In this document: positions 61,221-64,000 of the stretch, in pieces
How the letters are laid out: the number at the start of each line of letters is the position of its first letter
How positions within the stretch are numbered: the stretch's first letter is position 1
Source of the DNA: an uncultured cyanobacterium
GTDB lineage: Bacteria; Cyanobacteriota; Cyanobacteriia; Phormidesmidales; Phormidesmidaceae
Length of the DNA stretch: 64,000 bases
Assembly (NCBI GenBank): GCA_963793265.1
Contig: CAWBZI010000002.1
Coordinates: 672,001 to 736,000 of the forward strand
Reading direction: 5' to 3'
Notes under the pieces: generated by a model
Databases searched by the model: none
Told to the model about the DNA's origin: nothing
The model's input: the letters and a program-made list of their open reading frames with translations, nothing else
Made by a program: the position numbers and the translations under genes

Positions 61221-61829
61221 GTGCCCAAATCTGTTAAACACAATCCCGAGAAGGTCAGAGCCATATTAGGCGGAGCCCTTGAAGTATTTACAACTCACGG
61301 CTACGCAGCAGCGAGTATGGATCGCATTGCAGCCGTAGCAGGCGTTTCTAAGCCAACGGTGTACAGCTATTTTCAAGACAAAGAAGGCTTGTTTGTCGCC
61401 CTTATTCGGCAACTCACCCAAAAAGCCGATCAGACGCTTGAGACATTGCAGTCGGGCGATATCTCACAGATGCCGCCAGAGATAGGACTGCGCAAGCTAG
61501 CGATGACGGTCACTGAAGAGTTCACCAGCAATCAGACAATACCGACGCTGCTACGGCTAATGATTGGTGAGTCAGGGCGATTTCCGAAGCTCGCTCAAAC
61601 ATTCGTGCGTGAAGTGCAAAAGCCACTTTTAGAGAGACTTCAGCTATATTTTGCGGCTCAACCACAGCTCAATCTATCTGATCCAGAGATCACTGCTAGA
61701 ATTTTTACAGGCTCAATAATGCACTATTTGATTGTGCAAGAAGTGATGCACGGCAAAGATATTCTGCCTTTAGAACGCGATCGGATGGTGGATGGATTAG
61801 TCAGTCAGATTATGGCTGGGAGTCGATAG
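61221..61829 (+). CDS. TetR/AcrR family transcriptional regulator
   Basis: GYAAASMDRIAAVAGVSKPTVYSYFQDKEGLF HTH; divergent from devBCA. Confidence 0.94.
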   Translation: MPKSVKHNPEKVRAILGGALEVFTTHGYAAASMDRIAAVAGVSKPTVYSYFQDKEGLFVALIRQLTQKADQTLETLQSGDISQMPPEIGLRKLAMTVTEEFTSNQTIPTLLRLMIGESGRFPKLAQTFVREVQKPLLERLQLYFAAQPQLNLSDPEITARIFTGSIMHYLIVQEVMHGKDILPLERDRMVDGLVSQIMAGSR

Positions 61830-62580
61830 CTGCTGTTTTTATAAGTTCTGATAGGGTGGTGACTTCGTAGCCTCTGGCTTTGAGCACAGGTAGGATTTTG
61901 TTGAGTGTGTCAACGGTGCGGGGGCCGCGATCGCCCCCATCGTGCAGCACAATAATATCGCCGGGCTGTACTGTATTTAGAATGAACGCACTGGCAAAAC
62001 GTGAGGACAGCACGTGCGTATCGTAGGGAAACACGCTGCCTAGCACAACTTGATAGCCGTGTTTTTGAGCCGTTTGTACCATATCGGTATTGTAAAAACC
62101 CATACCTGGACGCAGCCATCGTAACGGCGCAGTCTCAGGAAGATAAGGTTGCCAGGTCTGCTCAGCCGCTAGTAAGTCTGCCTCAAAATCGTCAGGTGAT
62201 AGGCGAATGCTGGGTTCGTCTGCTGTGAAGTGATTGCCCAGTTCATGACCAGCGGCAACGGCATTAGAGACAATGGCTTCATTGCCGGGTAGATGGCCGC
62301 TAATATTGAAGAAAGTAGCCTTAGCGTCGTAGCGGTCGAGCACCAACAAAATATCAGCCGTCGCTATACTTGGCCCGTCGTCAATAGTCAGTGCAACAAC
62401 AGGAGTAGCCCCATCGGGAAGATCTATTGCATAAAGTGCACCGGGCATAACGTAGTTTGCAATGCGAAAAGCCCAGCGTGGCTGAGTGACGAGCCAACTC
62501 GTACCGGCTAGTAATAAGACAAAAGCCAGTGCGTATCGCCGCCGTTTTTGTGAACGTTTCAAACGTTTCAAAGTCTTCAT
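61810..62580 (-). CDS. polysaccharide deacetylase (CE4/NodB) family protein
   Basis: ALTIDDGP, HELGNH, WLRPG, IIVLHDG. Confidence 0.92.
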   Translation of the reverse strand: MKTLKRLKRSQKRRRYALAFVLLLAGTSWLVTQPRWAFRIANYVMPGALYAIDLPDGATPVVALTIDDGPSIATADILLVLDRYDAKATFFNISGHLPGNEAIVSNAVAAGHELGNHFTADEPSIRLSPDDFEADLLAAEQTWQPYLPETAPLRWLRPGMGFYNTDMVQTAQKHGYQVVLGSVFPYDTHVLSSRFASAFILNTVQPGDIIVLHDGGDRGPRTVDTLNKILPVLKARGYEVTTLSELIKTAAIDSQP

Positions 62581-62676
62581 AAGACTATTCTACGCCGTTC
62601 AATATGAATAACAGGCTCACATCGCGGGAATATGCAACAATACTGAGGGCAAAATTGCGAAAAGGAACTGTTAACT

Positions 62677-63624
62677 ATGGCGTCTCCCTCTGGTGTTAGC
62701 GTAAAAGCTGTACAGGCAATCGGGCTCACTGTCTCGGATGCTGGTCAAGCGACTGACTTTTTTACAGGTGCGTTTGATTTTGAGGTCACGGCTGATGCTG
62801 TCCTCAGCGGCGATGAGGCCAGCTATCTCTACGGCGTTCCAGACGCGCAGGTGCGGATTGTGTCGCTGAAGCTAGGCGATGAAACGATTCGCCTGATGGA
62901 CTTTTTGAATACTGAGAGCAAAGCCGTCCCTGCCGATAGCAAAAGCAACGATCTGTGGTTTCAACACTTTGCCATTATCGTTAGCGATATGGATAAAGCC
63001 TACGCCCAGCTTCAAAAGTTCTCTTTCACGCCGATCTCTCCTGAGCCGCAAACGCTGCCTAATGACATTCGCGCCTTTAAGTTTAGAGATGATGACGGCC
63101 ACGCGCTAGAGCTATTGCAGTTTCCTGCGGGCCTCGGCCCTGACCACTGGCAAGACAAAAGCAAGCTGTTTTTAGGCATAGACCACTCGGCAATTTCAAT
63201 TTCTAGCACTGAGCGCAGCCTGGGGCTATATCGCGACCTGCTAGGTCTTAGCCACGAGGGCAGCTTTACGAATATTGGTATCAAACAAGAGACGATGGAT
63301 AATCTCTTTAGTGCCAAAGTGATTGTGACCTCTCTTTCGCCTGCAACAGGAAGACTGGGCGTGGAGTTTTTGGACTATCTGACGCCGCCTGGAGCAAGAC
63401 CCTTCCCGATAGATCAACAGACGAGTGATTTGGTGCATATGCACTTCGAGCTAGTCGTAGAAGATATTGACGCGGCTGTAGAAGCCTTGGAAGAAGCGCC
63501 CGGTGCGCTCTGTATTCAGTTTGTTTCGCCTAAGGTGATTGATTTGCCCGATGTGCTGCCGTTTAAGCGGGCGGCGATGTGGCGTGGGCCGGATGGACAC
63601 AATGTATTGCTGGTTGAAAATTAG
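62677..63624 (+). CDS. VOC (glyoxalase) family protein, tandem domains
   Basis: IGLTVSD, SNDLWFQHFAIIVSD, FRDDDGHALEL, GIDHSAI, GPDGH. Confidence 0.9.
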   Translation: MASPSGVSVKAVQAIGLTVSDAGQATDFFTGAFDFEVTADAVLSGDEASYLYGVPDAQVRIVSLKLGDETIRLMDFLNTESKAVPADSKSNDLWFQHFAIIVSDMDKAYAQLQKFSFTPISPEPQTLPNDIRAFKFRDDDGHALELLQFPAGLGPDHWQDKSKLFLGIDHSAISISSTERSLGLYRDLLGLSHEGSFTNIGIKQETMDNLFSAKVIVTSLSPATGRLGVEFLDYLTPPGARPFPIDQQTSDLVHMHFELVVEDIDAAVEALEEAPGALCIQFVSPKVIDLPDVLPFKRAAMWRGPDGHNVLLVEN

Positions 63625-63665
63625 GGACTAAAAATTTAGGGATTGAAAACTTAAGGAGCAGTTTG

Positions 63666-64000
63666 TTGAATACGAGTTTGTTAGATACGGTAAGTACATT
63701 TTTGTCGGCGCTATATCCTGATTTTGTTACGGGAACTCAGGGCTACACGATGCTGATTTTCCGTTCGGTGATTGGGCTGTTGTTTGTTTTGCACGGGTTG
63801 CCAAAGCTCAAAAACCTCAAAACGTGGTCAGAAGCGCTCGGAGCCCCATTGCCCTTATGCTTCTTGTCGGCTGGGTTTATGGAGGTCGGTGGAGTCGGGC
63901 TTATCTTAGGGCTTTTAACGCCCCTGGCAAGCGCTTCCATTCTGGTTTCTATGCTATACGCACTGTTTCTAGAGCTGATTAGTGGAGATCCGCTGATTGC
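63666..64000 (+). CDS. DoxX family membrane protein (partial, runs off the window)
   Basis: After AAGGAG: ..LIFRSVIGLLFVLHGLPKL..FMEVGGVGLILGLLTPLAS..; no stop before the window end. Confidence 0.8.
   Translation, partial: MNTSLLDTVSTFLSALYPDFVTGTQGYTMLIFRSVIGLLFVLHGLPKLKNLKTWSEALGAPLPLCFLSAGFMEVGGVGLILGLLTPLASASILVSMLYALFLELISGDPLI

Overview
Chromosomal window from a cyanobacterium. The HIP1 octamer GCGATCGC recurs throughout, and psbQ, devBCA, Uma2 and an HstK-type kinase are present; a filamentous/Leptolyngbyaceae- or Synechococcus PCC 7335-like lineage is my inference. Most of it is housekeeping and conserved cyanobacterial genes: lysS, pyrH-frr, folP, psbQ, cysH, arfB, tsaC, a thrC-like gene with a MoaD/ThiS gene, devBCA with TetR, TpsB-exbB-exbD/tonB, and a group-2 sigma factor. 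I saw no rRNA, tRNA, CRISPR array, integrase or transposase. Most notable observations: (1) a stand-alone Sll1717/FunZ-like P-loop NTPase directly preceded by a ~200-nt region that can fold into nested helices covering its ribosome-binding site (candidate ncRNA or riboregulator system); (2) a possible split ribofuranosyltransferase (HAD phosphatase gene plus PRTase-like gene) outside any visible polysaccharide locus; (3) a P-II paralogue lacking the residues that bind NAGK; (4) a frameshifted thrC-like/sulfur-carrier operon with an IscR/Rrf2-like operator; (5) three toxin-antitoxin loci where the toxin is broken but the antitoxin is intact; (6) a FolP with an N-terminal domain fusion. All family calls come from motif recognition by eye; no database searches or folding computations were run.
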